Below, one piece after another: positions 39,319 through 54,165 of a stretch of 64,000 bases of DNA (position 1 is the stretch's first letter; each line of letters starts with the position of its first letter). The stretch is from Octopus vulgaris (taxonomy: Eukaryota), in the NCBI GenBank assembly GCA_951406725.2, contig OX597820.1:72912001-72976000 (forward strand), written 5' to 3'. A model generated the notes under the pieces. It saw only the letters and a list, made by a program, of their open reading frames with translations, was not told where the DNA came from and did no database searches. The translations under genes were made by a program, and so were the position numbers.

Positions 39319-42225
39319 ATGCCGGATCCTAGGTCCTACCTCCTCACCCTCCATCACCGTTTGAAGGATCATCTACGTTCGCTTCCTGTATATTGCCTTC
39401 AGCCGTCCGTTAATCTCTCTCTACTTCTTTTTAAAAAAACCCGCTTCTCTAGCCATGTCTCTTTCCTAAGCCGCTGCCTACATCACCGACTCATCCCTAA
39501 AGGTTTCCGCCTCCACTTCCACCCTGCTCTCCACTCGGATTCTTCCATCTTACCCATACTCCGCACCACATCTTACCGCCTTATGCGGGCCACCATTCGC
39601 TCCAATCTCTCCAAACTACATGCCATCAACCGCCTTCTTCCTCCTGCTTTCTCCACCTTCTTCTCCTCTCTGCCGCCTCTCTATGCTCCAAACACGCTAC
39701 GCTTCATTATCCATTTGAATCAACTCTTCCATCAATTTCTTTCTGATACCAAACTTCGTAAACTCCAATCACTCTTCCATTCCACCCTACCCGACGCCAC
39801 TACCCCAACTCCTCCACCACCCTTCTCCCCTCCCGATAGGCTCCATCCACCCACACCTAACCCCACTGCCCCTCCCTACAACCCCTTCTCCCCTCCCGTT
39901 AGGCTCCATCCACCTACACCTAACCCTACTGCCCCGCCCAACCACCCCCACACACCTCCCCAATCCCTCCCCCTCAGACCTCCACGAGACCTACCACCCC
40001 TCCTACTTCTATTCCAGCCACCCCTTCTCCACTTCCGTCTGTTGTTACCATTCCCCCCGATCTTCCCCTCTCTGCGGCTGAACGCTCCGTCCTTGGTAGG
40101 GGTCTGCGTTTCATCCCCCTCACTCCATCCTGTAAGGAATTCCAGACGCGAGTTGATGTCCACAGCTTTGTGCGCCGTGTCCGGTTGGGTGCGCATTACC
40201 ACGACTCGCCACCCACACCCAACGAAGAGGACGACTGCTTCAGTGGCCTGGGCCGCCGACCATCCCCGTGGACGCCTGCACCTGGCCAGATCCTAGCAGT
40301 GGATCTTTTCGCGGGCGCTTGTCAGCGTGCATTGGAGCGGTTCAACTTCTCCAGGCGCCAACGCCGCCTCAACATCTCCCCGGCTGAGCTCTTGGCTCTT
40401 CGTTCCCTCCAACGGCGCGCTGACATTATCATCAAACCGGCTGACAAGGGTGGAGCTGTAGTGGTGTGGTGCGCGGACCTCTATAGGGCCGAGGCTTTCC
40501 GCCAACTCAATGACACCTCCTTCTATTCCCCTCTGCCCTCTAACCCCACACGTAGCTACCAACAGACGGTATCTTCTACTGTCCAAGACCTCATCTCGTC
40601 CTCCCGTCTCCCCCGCACCGCATCCAACCTAATTGTGCGAACCCCACGTACCCCCACCATTTACTTCCTCCCCAAAATCCACAAACCCAACAACCCTGGC
40701 CGCCCCATCGTCTCCGCCTGTAACTGCCCCACGGAGCTCATCTCTAAATACCTCGACCGTGTCCTTGCCCCCTAGTGGCATCTCTTCCCTCCCACATCCA
40801 CGATACCAACCATGCTCTCCGGCTTTTCAACTCTTTCTCCTTTCCTCCCGGCTCCTCCAAAATCCTTTTTACTATGGACATCCAAAGCCTCTATACTGTT
40901 ATCCCTCACCACGAAGGACTGCAGGCCCTTCGACACTTTCTTGACCTCCGCTCTAACCCTGTACCTGACACCTCCACACTCATTCGTCTGGCCGAACTTG
41001 TCCTTACTCTGAACTGCTTCTCGTTCGCGGGCGAGTTCTACCATCAGGTCTCGGGAGTGGCCATGGGAACGCGAATGGGCCCCAACTATGCGAACCTGTT
41101 CGTTGGCTATGTTGAGGCCCAAATATTCTCTAATTTCACTGGTCCCACTCCTGAACTATATGGTCGTTATATTGACGACATTATCGGTGCCACCTCACTC
41201 TCCCGCGAACATCTAGATTCCTTCCTCTCTTTCGTCCAATCTTTCCATCCAGCCCTCCACTTCACTTCCACTATCTCCAACACCTCTGTCTCCTTCCTCG
41301 ACATTTCGGTTAGCATTCTTCACTCCACTCTTACCACCTCCATTCACTACAAACACACAGACTCACACTCATACCTCAACTTCTCTTCCTCCCACCCAGA
41401 ACACACCAAGCTTTCCATCCCCTATTCCCAATTCCTCCGTCTACGTAGGCTCTGTAGTGACGACCATGACTTTGAGACTCAGTCTCAACGTATGGCTCAC
41501 CACTTCACCCTACGTGGATACCCCCTCACCACTATCCACACCGCCCTTGCCAGAGCACGGTCCGTGGACCGTGTATCTGCTCTCTCTCCCCGAACCCGCC
41601 CTGTAGTCTCCCGCCTCCCTTTTCCCCTCACTTACCACCCCACGACCCTACATCTCCAACGCACCATTCTTCGAGCTTTCCGTCATCTCCAGTCCAACCC
41701 GTCCACTTCACACCTCTTCCCTAACCGACCCCTCCCCTCTTTCAAACGAGCCCACAACCTTCGAGACCTTTTGGTCCATAGCTCCTTCCCTGACCCTACC
41801 TCCCAACCCGGCTCGTTCCCCTGCTCCCGCCCACGTTGCCGCACTTGCCCTTACCTCTCCAACACCACCCGCCTCACTAGCACCCACCATCGACCCTATC
41901 CCATCATCCACTCCTTCACCTGCACCTCCAGCAATATTATCTATTGCATCTCTTGCTCTCTCTGCAATTCCTTGTACATCGGACAAACGGGACGCCGCTT
42001 GGCTGACCGGTTCGCGGAACACCTTCGTGACATCCACCTTGCGAACGACACACCGGTCTCACGCCATTTCCGCTCCACCGGTCACTCCTTGCAACACCTA
42101 TCTGTGTTCGGTTTGTCCTTACACAGAGGCCATCCGGATTCCCGTTTGCGCCGTGAACAGGAATTAATCTTCTCTCTTCGCTCTTATACGCCATTTGGTC
42201 TCAACTCTCCCCCCTCCTCATCTAA
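39319..42225 (+). CDS. PLE reverse transcriptase / GIY-YIG endonuclease polyprotein (~970 aa once three -1 frameshifts are corrected)
   Basis: IIIKPADKGGAVVV, LPKIHK..PGRPIVS, GVAMGTRMGPNYANLFV, YGRYIDD (41168-41179), CSRPRCRTC linker, NIIYCISC..C..LYIGQTGRRLADRFAEH. Confidence 0.92.
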
Positions 42226-43244
42226 CCCCCTCTCCCCCCTCCTCACCTATCCTTTCTCCCCCCGACCCCTACTTCTTCAGTCCTTCATCCTTTCACCCCT
42301 ACTCCCCTTCCCTTCTTCCCTCTTTCTCCCTCCCTCTTCCCCTTCCCTCTGCTCCCTCACTCCCTCTCTCCCCTTCTCTCTCCCCCTCTCCCTCTTTCCT
42401 CCTTCATCCCCCTCATCCCCTTCCTTCTCCCCCATCCTCTCCTCTTCCCCCTTCTCCTCCCCCTCTTCTTTCCCCTCTCTCCCCCCTTCTCCCCCTCTTC
42501 TCCCCCTCCCCTTCTCTCCCCCTCTTCTCCCCCTCCCTCTCTCTCTCCCCACTACACCACATGACTCTTACACATCACATCACATATGATGTGCCATACT
42601 AATACACACACCAACTAATACATACTAATACGTACTAATACATACTAGTACATACTAATACTTACACCAACCCTATACATACACACGTCCAGACCCCGCA
42701 CACGCACTTATACTCTCTCACACACACACACACACACCTATACATACCAATACGTACTAATACATACTAATACATACTAATACATACACCAACCCCATAC
42801 ATACGCACGTCCAGACCAATCCTACGCACTAATACTCTCTCATACACACACACACACACACACACACCCTTATACATACTAATACATACACCAACCCTAT
42901 ACATACACACATCCAGACCCCTCCCACGCACTTTTAGCTGGTCCCTCAACCCTTTTATCAACCCTATTATCTCCCCTTATTTCGCTCTCGCGTCTCATGT
43001 TTGATCTTTGACCTCTGGCCGAAATCAGATCGCCATGTTGATTCGTTAGCTACTGCACGCATTTTTTCTCTCCTTCTTTCTGTGTTTTTCTCTCTCTGTG
43101 TATCTTTCTGTTGAAGAGCGTAGGCTCGAAACGTTAAAGACTTGTTTTATTTATATTTCCTGAGCGCCATACTAATACAATTGTTCGTTTGTTTTCCACC
43201 TGCATTCGTCTTTTGTTTATTTTCATAAAGCTTCCCGTTATATA
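42223..43244 (+). repeat. 3' pseudo-LTR
   Basis: Begins at the inferred TAA stop; matches 37719-38696. Confidence 0.95.
43103..43140 (+). ncRNA. Minimal hammerhead-like motif in 3' pLTR
   Basis: Identical to 38556-38593. Confidence 0.7.
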
Positions 43245-43288
43245 TATATATGTATGTATATATATACGTATATATAAATATGTATATA

Positions 43289-43329
<41 letters not shown>

Positions 43330-43534
43330 ATGTATGTATGTGTGTGTGTGTGTGTGTGTGCGCGTGTATTTTTTGTGGTTTCATCTCAGAGCTGTGGCCA
43401 TGCTGATGCACCACCATTTTGCTACACTGTTATTAGTGAGATCCTCCTCCAATAAGTAGCACTTGGTGAAGAATGGGGTTTGATATAGCTACCCTCATTT
43501 GCACCTCTTGATATGAGGTAGGTTAGTTTGGGAC

Positions 43535-44080
43535 TCACGACAGGAAGAGGTCCAGCCTTGATTTAAAAACGCCTACATCTACTTTGTGCAGGTTCCGCAG
43601 GCTCTTTGGGAGAATGTTAAAAAGCTGTGGGTCCCTGAAACCCAGGCTGTTGCAGTAACTGGTCTTGAAGCGCGATGGCATTGCTGGGATCTTTGGCACT
43701 ATGCAATGTCGACTCGTTCTGGCATTGGTGTAGCTTTCAATGCCAAAATTTAGCACAATTCCTTCCAGGATCTTCCAGATGTACATTACTGCATACCTCT
43801 CCCGCCTTCGCTCTAGGGAGTAGAAATTTAGATGTTTCAGCCTTTCACAGTAGCTGTTGCAATGAGACGATCTTCTTTGTGAAGCTTCGCTGGACTGCTT
43901 CAAGGTCCGCTGTTAATTTTACACTGTTGGGTGACCATAACTGGGAGCAGTAATCCAGGAAGCTGAGGACGAATATCCTCCAGAGGACCATCATGGTTTC
44001 CTTATCTCTGGTTCTGAATATTCTTAGGATCCATCCAGCCAAACGTCTGAACTCTGTCGCCATCTTGGTAATGTGCACAT
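43535..44080 (-). mobile_element. CR1-like LINE RT C-terminal fragment
   Basis: LDYCSQLWSP..LEAVQRSFTKKI, SYCERLKHLNFYSLERRRER, LFNILP..FKSRLDLFL; one frameshift. Confidence 0.85.
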
Positions 44081-44288
44081 GGAAAATGAGACCCGCGTTT
44101 TCTCATTTTATTTAACATATACACGCTCACACACGATCCGCATTAGACTCCACACTCATACTATTATCGAACTGGGAGTCTAACAGCGGTCCTTCCGTAA
44201 CACTTACACACCCCTCACCTGCCTTTTGGATCTGCTGGATACCTAAACCTCTAATATATATACACACATACATACATACAGACATACA

Positions 44289-44361
<73 letters not shown>

Positions 44362-44877
44362 GTATGCATTATGTATATATGTACATGTATTCAGTCATTA
44401 GATTGCGGCCATGCTGGGGCACTGCCTTGAAGAATTTTAGTTGATCGAATCGACACCAGTACTTATTTTTCATGACTGGTACTTATCAAGCGATAGTGGG
44501 GGACAAAGACAGCCACACACATACACGTTGTATTCCTCTCGTTTTGGTCTAACGACCCTCCATGTTTGTTTTCGTTCGGTCTCCTTGTATGCCTCCACTG
44601 TCCTGTTTTTGTTCCCAACTTTGACCGTCCATAAATCCTAAATTTTATTTTAGAATCTATGGGAGCAACTGCCTTTGAAGACTCATATTGTCGTTGAATG
44701 CTCGAAATGAGGAGTTGATCGACAGCCGACGACTGATGAAGTGTCCTTTCTCTGTGTTTATTTGTCCTGTTTCCCATTTTTTTCTCTCGTTGTTTACGTA
44801 TTTAACTCGTTTGTTTGTGTGCTTCATGCTATTTGCACCGTTGGTGACGTCCTCTACCCATATATGCATATATAATA

Positions 44878-44920
<43 letters not shown>

Positions 44921-44922
44921 CA

Positions 44923-44958
<36 letters not shown>

Positions 44959-45154
44959 TATATGTATGTATAGCAAAGTAGGGAGACAAGTCCAGGTAGA
45001 CATCAATTCAGTCGCAAATTTGGTTCTGACCACACACAGTATTCATTCCAGTTAAAATACTTAATGTAGTAGGTCCCGAGAAAATGTAATAAGGTAGACA
45101 ATGGAAACAGATACAACAATACTTCATTTATTTATTCACATGAATAAATAATTT

Positions 45155-45273
45155 TCCGACACATGTTTCTGCTTAATTACTACGAGTATATCTATTTTAC
45201 TTAGATAATCAAATAAATAAACAGTTAAATAATTGTCAATACAATGCATTTACTAAAAAAGCTTCTTCAAGGA
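45155..45273 (-). ncRNA. Hammerhead-like motif with ~90-nt stem II insertion
   Basis: Minus strand: tcc TTGAAGA a gctt...aagc a GAAA catgt GTC gga (C3U variant). Confidence 0.55.
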
Positions 45274-45861
45274 TTCCAGCGAAATTTTTAGCTACACTAT
45301 TCAAAAACATTTATAAACCAAATTATCAAAATCGCCACAACTATTATGAACGCTAAAAAATATAAAAAATAAAACAAAAATTTGCTACGTATAATGGAAA
45401 GAAAAAATTAATTTCGTAGAACGATCAGAAATCGAAATAGAACAATAATGTCACTTCGGTGCTCTCCCACTTTCTATTCCAAGCAGTCAAAGTTAAAGCA
45501 CAATATAACGAACATTTTATCTGAAAAATAAAAGATATTATTAATTCTAAAGATTCCCCATCCCAGCAAAATATTAACCTCATCATCCATATATGATTAA
45601 TTGATACCTCGTGATTTATCAAATATACCCCCCCCACACACACACACAACAGGCTTCTTTCAGTTTCCGTCCACTAAATCCACTGGCAAGGCTTTGGTCG
45701 GTCCGAGGCTATAGTTGAAAACTCTTGCCCAAGGTGCTACGCAGTGGGACTGAACCTGGAGCCATGTTATTGAGAAGCAAACTTTTTACCACATAGCGAC
45801 ATCTGCCCCAATATATATGTGGGTGCATGTGTGTATGTATGTCTGTGTATGTGTGTGTGTA

Positions 45862-45897
<36 letters not shown>

Positions 45898-46065
45898 TTT
45901 GTTTATTTTGGTTTGTACATGTACCCCATCTCCATTTGACCAGCAGTTGTTTGTTTACGTCCTGGTAACCTAGTGGTTTGGCAAAAGTGGCCGATAGAAT
46001 AAGTGCCAAATTTTAAAAAAATATCAACGATACATATTACATATACTCATTTGCACAATACATAC

Positions 46066-46139
<74 letters not shown>

Positions 46140-46944
46140 CTTATTGCCTTCTGAGCGGGTCATTTTGATAAACTATAAAAGAAGATATAATAAGGTTTCG
46201 GTCACTGCTGGAAAAATTTAACGTTGCAGTAAATAATGTTATTCGAAGCCAGAAGTAACAACGGAAAATTGCTATCTGTTGAATTTATTGAATATGATTT
46301 AAGCCTTTCTATGGCTGCCAGTCAGACACTAGAAATGACAGACGCAACCAATAAATGACATCTGCCTATACTGCTTCCTCATCCTCGTCGTCATCGTCAT
46401 TCCTCCTCCTCCTCCGAAAATAACTGTAAAGATTACTTGTGGATTACAATACGACTAAAAGCAGAGCACCTAAATTGTAAATTGTTGGCATATGGAAAGA
46501 ATTAGAGCATTAAAGTATCCATGGTAATTATACTGTGCTCTCGAAGGACTACTACATTGTTTGTTGGTTGGTTCTTTTTAAACTCATTCTACGGGTTTGT
46601 GAAATTCTGTTTTCAGATAACGAAACAGCATAGAAAAACCTCGTTAATAAGTGCTAAGTAGCAGCCGGAGGTCAAAACTATTCATGTTTAAAATAAACTC
46701 AACGTTGAAGTTATTAAAAGCCATGTTTTATTGACAAGTTATCAGCCAGTGATAAAAAGGAGGTGAATCTGCTTAATAAAGCAAGAATCATTCTTTAGCA
46801 TTTCTCTTTTAAAATTTCAGGTCATGAAAATTCATATTTTCACAACCAATAAAAATTTCGATAGCCTAGCGAAATATTCTAGTTTCTACAAAAATAAACA
46901 TTACTTTACATTTCTTTAAAAGTCTAGATCATTTTCCTCTCATT

Positions 46945-46993
<49 letters not shown>

Positions 46994-47554
46994 AACACAT
47001 TACTATGTATGCAAATGTGGAACGGCACTAGCTGTAATATACGTGTATGTGTGTGTGCGTGCGTGTACATATTTATGTAGCTGAGTAAAGCATTTAAGAC
47101 GTTCGTGTAGATATTTATATCAAGAGTACAAACATACTTAACACGTTTATGTGCACTTGGACGTTGGGAGACCTTTCACTGGGGAAATAATGATAGGACA
47201 TTTTTTTTATCATCGACAATATGCATAAAATCATATCAGTGGACTATGAATGACGTCACTGGACCGTCGGACAGACGCGTTCCTACGAAGTTAAGTGCTA
47301 TCAGCTACAAACAGCAAATTCGTTGTTCATAGCCTTTCAAGATCGCTTGTTCTTATATATTTAAACAACAACTAGCATATTTGTTAATGCGCGCGAAGTA
47401 AGGCCCAGGTGTGATTAATTAACTAGAGGCACACGAAGAGAATTTTCTTTCAAGAAAAGTCTCAGCGAATGATTCTGCCATGTTCGAGTGTACAGGTAGG
47501 AGTTAAATATGATTGTACATATCTACGAGTCATCCAACACTGCTTCTTGTGCCT

Positions 47555-47697
<143 letters not shown>

Positions 47698-48061
47698 ATA
47701 TATTATCGATATCAATCTACCTACCTACTTACCTACCTACCTACTCACCAACCTATCTATCTATCTATCTATAATACATATTTGATATATTTTATAGATA
47801 TATCTATATATATATATATGATATATATTATGTATATGTATACATACATATATACATACGTATCTGTTGATTTACCAGAAGTGATAAATTACAGAACTCA
47901 TACGGCTACACACGCACGCCCACGCACGCACGCCCACAGATGCGCGCATGTGCATATTAATTTCTGTATCACTTTTAATAAATGTTTTCACGACAACTCC
48001 CCATTCGTTAGGAATATCATTTCACATCATTCATCATCTCATCAGAAGACAGACAGACAGT

Positions 48062-48143
<82 letters not shown>

Positions 48144-49295
48144 GGTAGGTAGGTAGGTCGGTAGATTAATGAAGGTATGTACATATGTATATAGGCCGAT
48201 GGAAATTGATAGTGGGTAAAAATGTTCTTTGATATATTTTGTTGAGTATTTTAGTCTTTGAGTGTAAGTAAGAAAGAAGTTCTTATTAAAATGGAGATTA
48301 TCATATTTTCAGAATTCTATCATGATGTATCGCCTAAATTGCTTTCATGTTGCACGGAAGCGCCGCCGAGTGACAATTTCAATCAACTCGAAATATATCG
48401 ATAATCCCTTGTGTAGTGAAGATATTTTTTTTTTTAAATTTGGAATCCATTTCTTTTCATCGATGTAAATTAATGTACGAATTTATTAACATCGATATTT
48501 GCGGAAGAATAAAAAAAAAGAAACAAAGAAACAAAAATGACACAAATAAAACCAAGCAACAAAAAAAAAACTCTCTTTTGATTCCTGTTCAACTTTAACC
48601 GCATACATTCCTATATCTTGGTTTCAAATTTTGGCACAAGGCCAGCAACTTCGGGGAGTGGGGGCGGGATGGATAAGTCGATTACATTAACCCCAGTGAT
48701 CAACTGGTACATATTTTATCAACCCTGAAAGGAGGAAAAACAAAGTCTACCTCGGCGGAATTTGAACTCAGAACGTAAAAACGGACGAAATACCGCTAAG
48801 CATTTTGCCCGGTGTGCTAACGATTCTGCCAGCACGCGGCCTCATACATTCTTAAATACTGCAGAACAGTGTAATGAGGAATCACCAAGTTATCATCTAT
48901 GTATGCGGTATTTTGGACATGTAACTTCTACCATGGCCTTGTGTTGACTAAAACATTCCGGGGAAAATATTGTTAATCAGAGCAGCCATTCGTGGTTCAT
49001 TTGAAACAGCTGTACCACACTCGGAGTATTTGTAAGTTCTTTGACTTCACTGTTTTTTTTTTGTTTTATCTTTTTGTTTTATCAATCCCAATACTTATTT
49101 TTTATTTATTATTATTTTTTTGTTTCGTTTAGTCTGGTAATTATTCTGCCGAACCGCTAAATTACAGGGATGTAAACACCTCAACAGCGGTTGCCAAGTG
49201 GTGGTAAGGGACAAAGACATACACATAGACACATTTGTATGTATGTATGTATGTATGTATGTATGCATGTATGTATGTATGCATGTATGTATATA

Positions 49296-49328
<33 letters not shown>

Positions 49329-49425
49329 GTGTGTATGTATGTATGTATGTGTGTGTGTGTATGTATGTATGTATGTATGTATGTATGTATGTATGTATGT
49401 ATGTATGCATGCATGCATGTATGTA

Positions 49426-49456
<31 letters not shown>

Positions 49457-49475
49457 ATGTATGTATGTATGTATG

Positions 49476-49811
49476 TACAAGCTGTTGAACTCAGCGTTGC
49501 ACATGTTTACCGTGTTGAAGCTAAGTCCGCCTCTGACCTTGTATTGAATAAGCAATTCCTTAAAGACTATTCTATCAATTTTGTTGAAATTTTACACGTG
49601 AAAAAATGTAAAAGATGCAAGAAAAATGACATCTTTATGGGAATTTCCATTCAAACGCCCGATTGAGCTCACAAAAATCGATGCCAACTCAGCAATATCG
49701 AGTTTTCCAAAAAATCCGGCCTTATTTGAAATTCAGGACATGTGATCTACCTATGTGCCAAAAATCATTAAAATTGGCTGAACGGCGTGGGAGGAGATAG
49801 AGTAACCCCAA

Positions 49812-49843
<32 letters not shown>

Positions 49844-49875
49844 ACACACAGGCACCATTACACATTTATGTATAT
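49476..49875 (-). mobile_element. Decayed non-autonomous Helitron-like element
   Basis: Left end tacaagctgttgaactcagcgttgc resembles the 56845 terminus; right end has a (CA)n and catttatgtatat motif. Confidence 0.45.
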
Positions 49876-50159
49876 GTATGTATGTGTATATATGTACGAC
49901 GAGCTTCTTTCAGTTTCCGTCTACCAAATCCACTCACAAAGTCTTGGTCTACCCGAAGATACAGTGCAAGGTTCCACGTAGTGGAGCTGAACCCGGAACC
50001 ATGTATTAAGGAAGCAAACTTCTTACCACACAGCAACACTTGTACATATATATGTATCTATGCGATGAACTCACTTCTCTTTCCATTGCTCAGTAAGCGT
50101 TGAGTCTAAATAATACGATGCGACACTGTCTTGTTTTCGCATCTCTCCATTCAACATAG

Positions 50160-50430
50160 ACCATGGTGGTGCCACTGTTGTTGATGCAGTTTCCATTCAT
50201 TAATAGTATCTTCCTTGTCCTGTTGTCCAAATCACGGATTTCTTCAAGTGTCCAGAATAACCTCCGAAACGATGTTACTAACACTGGCACTGCAAAACAT
50301 TGTGGGATATAGTTTTATTGGATGCAGACACCAATGAGTTTCATACATTCCCAAATCTGCTGAAGTATTCTTTGGTCTCTCTAGCTGAACTCACAGCATC
50401 ATCATATGCAATATTTTTGTCGATTCTGAG
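50160..50430 (-). mobile_element. R4/Dong-like RT-thumb fragment
   Basis: PVLVTSFRRLFWTLEEIRDLDNRTRKILLMNGN. Confidence 0.65.
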
Positions 50431-50646
50431 AATGAATCTGTGAAATCGTCATGAGGCATCATCTATCCAGAAATAAAGCAGAAAAATTCTTTATCGATAA
50501 ATGACTAATAAATCTAATATATTTGTCTGTAAATTATGCAAAGCATATACAGGTAAAACAAAATAATAAATCGACGCCAGTACTTATCCGCTAGGTTACG
50601 CGGGTGCAAACGTACCAATACCAGTTGCCAAATAGTGGTGAGGAGA

Positions 50647-50687
<41 letters not shown>

Positions 50688-50688
50688 G

Positions 50689-50724
<36 letters not shown>

Positions 50725-51607
50725 TACATACACAGGCACAAACACACACACACAAATATATATAACGAGCTTCTTTCAGTTTCCACCGACTAAGTCCACT
50801 CAGAAGGCTTTGGACGCCCCGAGGTGCCACACAGTGGAACTGAACCCGGAACTATGTAGTTAGAAAGCAAGCTTCTTACCACACAGCCACGCTTGCGCCT
50901 GATGTTTTGTTTATTTTATCAAATTATTTTCTGTTTAGCACTTTTCAAGCTTGATCAGGTAGACCTACGAACAAAGGCATTCCAGCGCGATCTTCACGTC
51001 TAACGGTTGTGTCCACAGCTGTGACTAACATTATCTAATATATCCTTTTTATTATGGTGTATCAATTGAAAGGGATTTCTTTGCTATTTCTAGCAGGACG
51101 AGCGACCACATACAGGCGTTCTCGTTGACTCACTCATGTTTTCTGGAAAATATTAATAGAATAGTAAATATTCAAATCTCAGTGGTTTTAATGAATTTGA
51201 TGTTTCTGTTTATCTTTAGAACAAATAAATATATTAATATCAAACACAAATGTTGCTTTGAAACACGATATACAAGAGATAAATATTAAAAAGTAGACAA
51301 TGTCTTTAATATCTGGGAGCAATAGTTTCTATCTTGGGACTTATAAAATATTGCATTTCATCTTTTATCTTTAACTTGTTTCAGTCATTGGACTGCGACC
51401 ATGCTGGGGCACCGCTTTGAAGAACTTTAAATCGAACGAATTGACCTCGATACTTTTTTTGTTTGTTTGTTTGTTTGTTTGTTAACGTATGATACTTATC
51501 ATGTTGATGTCTTCTTTGTCCTAACTACTTAATTACGTGTACATAAACAAGCCTACACCGATTGCAAAGCGGTAGGCGAAACAAGCACAGACACAAACAG
51601 ACACACA

Positions 51608-51718
<111 letters not shown>

Positions 51719-51864
51719 ACACACAACACACACACACACACACAGACACACATGTATGTATGTGTATGTATGTGTATGTATGTGTATATATATATATGTG
51801 TGTGTGTGTGTATATATATATATATGTATAAATATAAATATACATACATACACACAGACGTGCG

Positions 51865-51904
<40 letters not shown>

Positions 51905-52079
51905 ACGCAATAGTAATGCATCCCGGCGTTGTATTGTTTGCGTATTTCTTATGGGCAGAATCAGCACAGCTGATGTATAGTGAAATGGTTGGGGGTAGGG
52001 TACAATTTGCATGGGTTTGTAAGAAAGGGCTTTTTGTTCTTAAGAAGAATCACGAACTATGTATTGTTTCATCGTATAA

Positions 52080-52660
52080 AATGGGGTTAATGTGATTTTG
52101 CCCGAAAATCACGTTTTCAAAATTTAAATTTCCCTCGTCCCCACCGCAATTTCTTAATTTGTAACTTTTTTTACGAATTAAATTTTTTTTTATCCACGTA
52201 GAAAAATACAGAGATTACGAATCTGGCAAAAAAATATATATATATTTTTTAAAGTTTAATTTTTCATAAAGAAATACTGAATACCCCTTCCCCCACCTCA
52301 CCCACCCATCACCTACCCGCTTTCAAAAAACTAAAACGTCTCAATGTTTCACTTTCGTCTGGTGTTTCAAGCATGCATAGAATTGTCCTGAAATAGCAGA
52401 TGTAAAAAATACCAGACCACCACCGGAAAACCTGACATGCTAGAAACAACAGGTAAACGGCATTATTTCCGAAGAAACTTTACCGTTTTCCATAAAGCTA
52501 AAAGTGAAGCATTGAGAGTTTGCAGCTTTTTGAAAGTGGTGAGGTGATGGGTGGATGTTTTGGAAAGAGACTGGGGTGGGGAGAGAGAAAATTAAGATAT
52601 TGAGAACGTGTATTTTGGCGAAATCCTAATCTCCTGTTTCGAAAACACAGGAATCGGAAG
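52080..52660. mobile_element. Degenerate foldback MITE related to 5859-6286
   Basis: ccacccatcacc..tttcaaaaaac..ctcaatgtttcacttt pairs with aaagtgaagcattgag..tttttgaaa..ggtgatgggtgg. Confidence 0.6.
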
Positions 52661-53302
52661 AAATTTAGAAAAAAAAAAATAAGGTGGAGGACGCAAATGT
52701 CACTTCCGCCATGCTACAAAGAATAAGTAAAGGACAGGATTTCTGGAAAAACTTCCTCTTAAGTTTATATTGAAGATCGGTTTTTCAAATACGCTCATCA
52801 CAAACACGAATTACAGAATAGAAAAAGGTGATTTCAATTGGATTTGAGCTGTAATTTTGCGCATGCACACAATAAATAACATAATTCGTACAGAAGATTT
52901 ACCGTGTGTGTGTGTGTGTGTATCTGCCGAAGCAAGTTATTTCATGGCATTCTTTCGTTTGAAGCAGCAAAGTTTTCAACTCGATCATATGGTCGATCAT
53001 ATGGAATCATATGATTGTTAGTTCATTTCTGTAATTTTTAAAATTTCTTTATGCTTTTGAAGAGAGCAGAAATTGAAAGAGAGGAGAAAGTGAAAGATAT
53101 ATGTATGTGCATATGAAATGGACGCGTGTGCGTGTGTGTGTGAGAGAGAGTGAGTGAGTGAGCGAGTGAGTGAGTGAACGAGTGAGTGAGTGAGTGAGCG
53201 AGTGAGTGAGTGAGTGAACGAGTGAGTGAGTGAGCGTGTGAGTGAAGGTGTGTGTTGTCATGTATGTATTCTTTTTGCTTGAATGTGTTAGTGGCACTCA
53301 AT

Positions 53303-53355
<53 letters not shown>

Positions 53356-54131
53356 GTACATCATCTTTCACAAACGTACATCATCTTTCACACATCATCT
53401 TTCACAAACACGTACATAAATACATATGCATACATCGTTTTTGTATGTATATGTTCGTGTGCATGTGAGAGAGAGGGAGTGACTGTATTTCCTGATAACG
53501 TATAGAGAAATGGATGTCTTTTAATGAGTGACTAATTCGGAGAAACATTACTTTTATTATTCACACATCGTCACTCACGTAATGCAACACATTGTAGTTT
53601 TGGTTCAAATTGAAAGTGTGAAATTGTTTCCACTTTCTTATGAAACCTAATCGTTGTAGAGCAATGTCTTTCAAATAACTATAGCTGGTTGTTGAGATAA
53701 CGTAGAAAATATGTAAATGATAATAAAGTTTATTTGGTAACCGAAAGATTACTGAATCTTTTGATACCCCATAGTCAAAATCGGCAACTCAGTTTTCAAA
53801 TGTATAAGGAACATACGCGCACGCGTGCGTACACACACACACACAAAATGTTTTTGCCTCATATTTATTTATCTATGCACCCTTTTCAAGCCTAGCCAGA
53901 CTCATGGGCCCGGTTTTTCGGTTTCTGTGGCGCCAGTCCATCGCAGCGTTGCCCAAGAAACAGGAAGAAAGTTGGGGCGAAAGAGTACCGCAGGGGTCGC
54001 CAGCCCCCTCCCCCCCCCCAGCTGGAGCCTCGAGGTGTTTTCGCTCAATAAACACCCACAACGCCCGGTCTGGGAATCGAAACCGCAATCCTCCGACCGC
54101 GAGTCCGCTGCCCTAACCACTGGGCCTCCAC

Positions 54132-54165
<34 letters not shown>

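Larger units (their letters stand above)
37719..43244 (+). mobile_element. Penelope-like retroelement (Neptune-like) with direct pseudo-LTRs
   Basis: RT and GIY-YIG ORF flanked by ~1 kb direct repeats; 3' end runs into (TA)n. Confidence 0.95.

Noticed and set aside
40773-40775. Programmed stop read-through or selenocysteine recoding
   Set aside because: The stop is TAG and homology continues in another frame, so this is an indel.
42226-42602. Pro/Ser/Leu-rich C-terminal extension of the PLE ORF
   Set aside because: Read-through into the C/T tract of the pLTR after a probable homopolymer frameshift.
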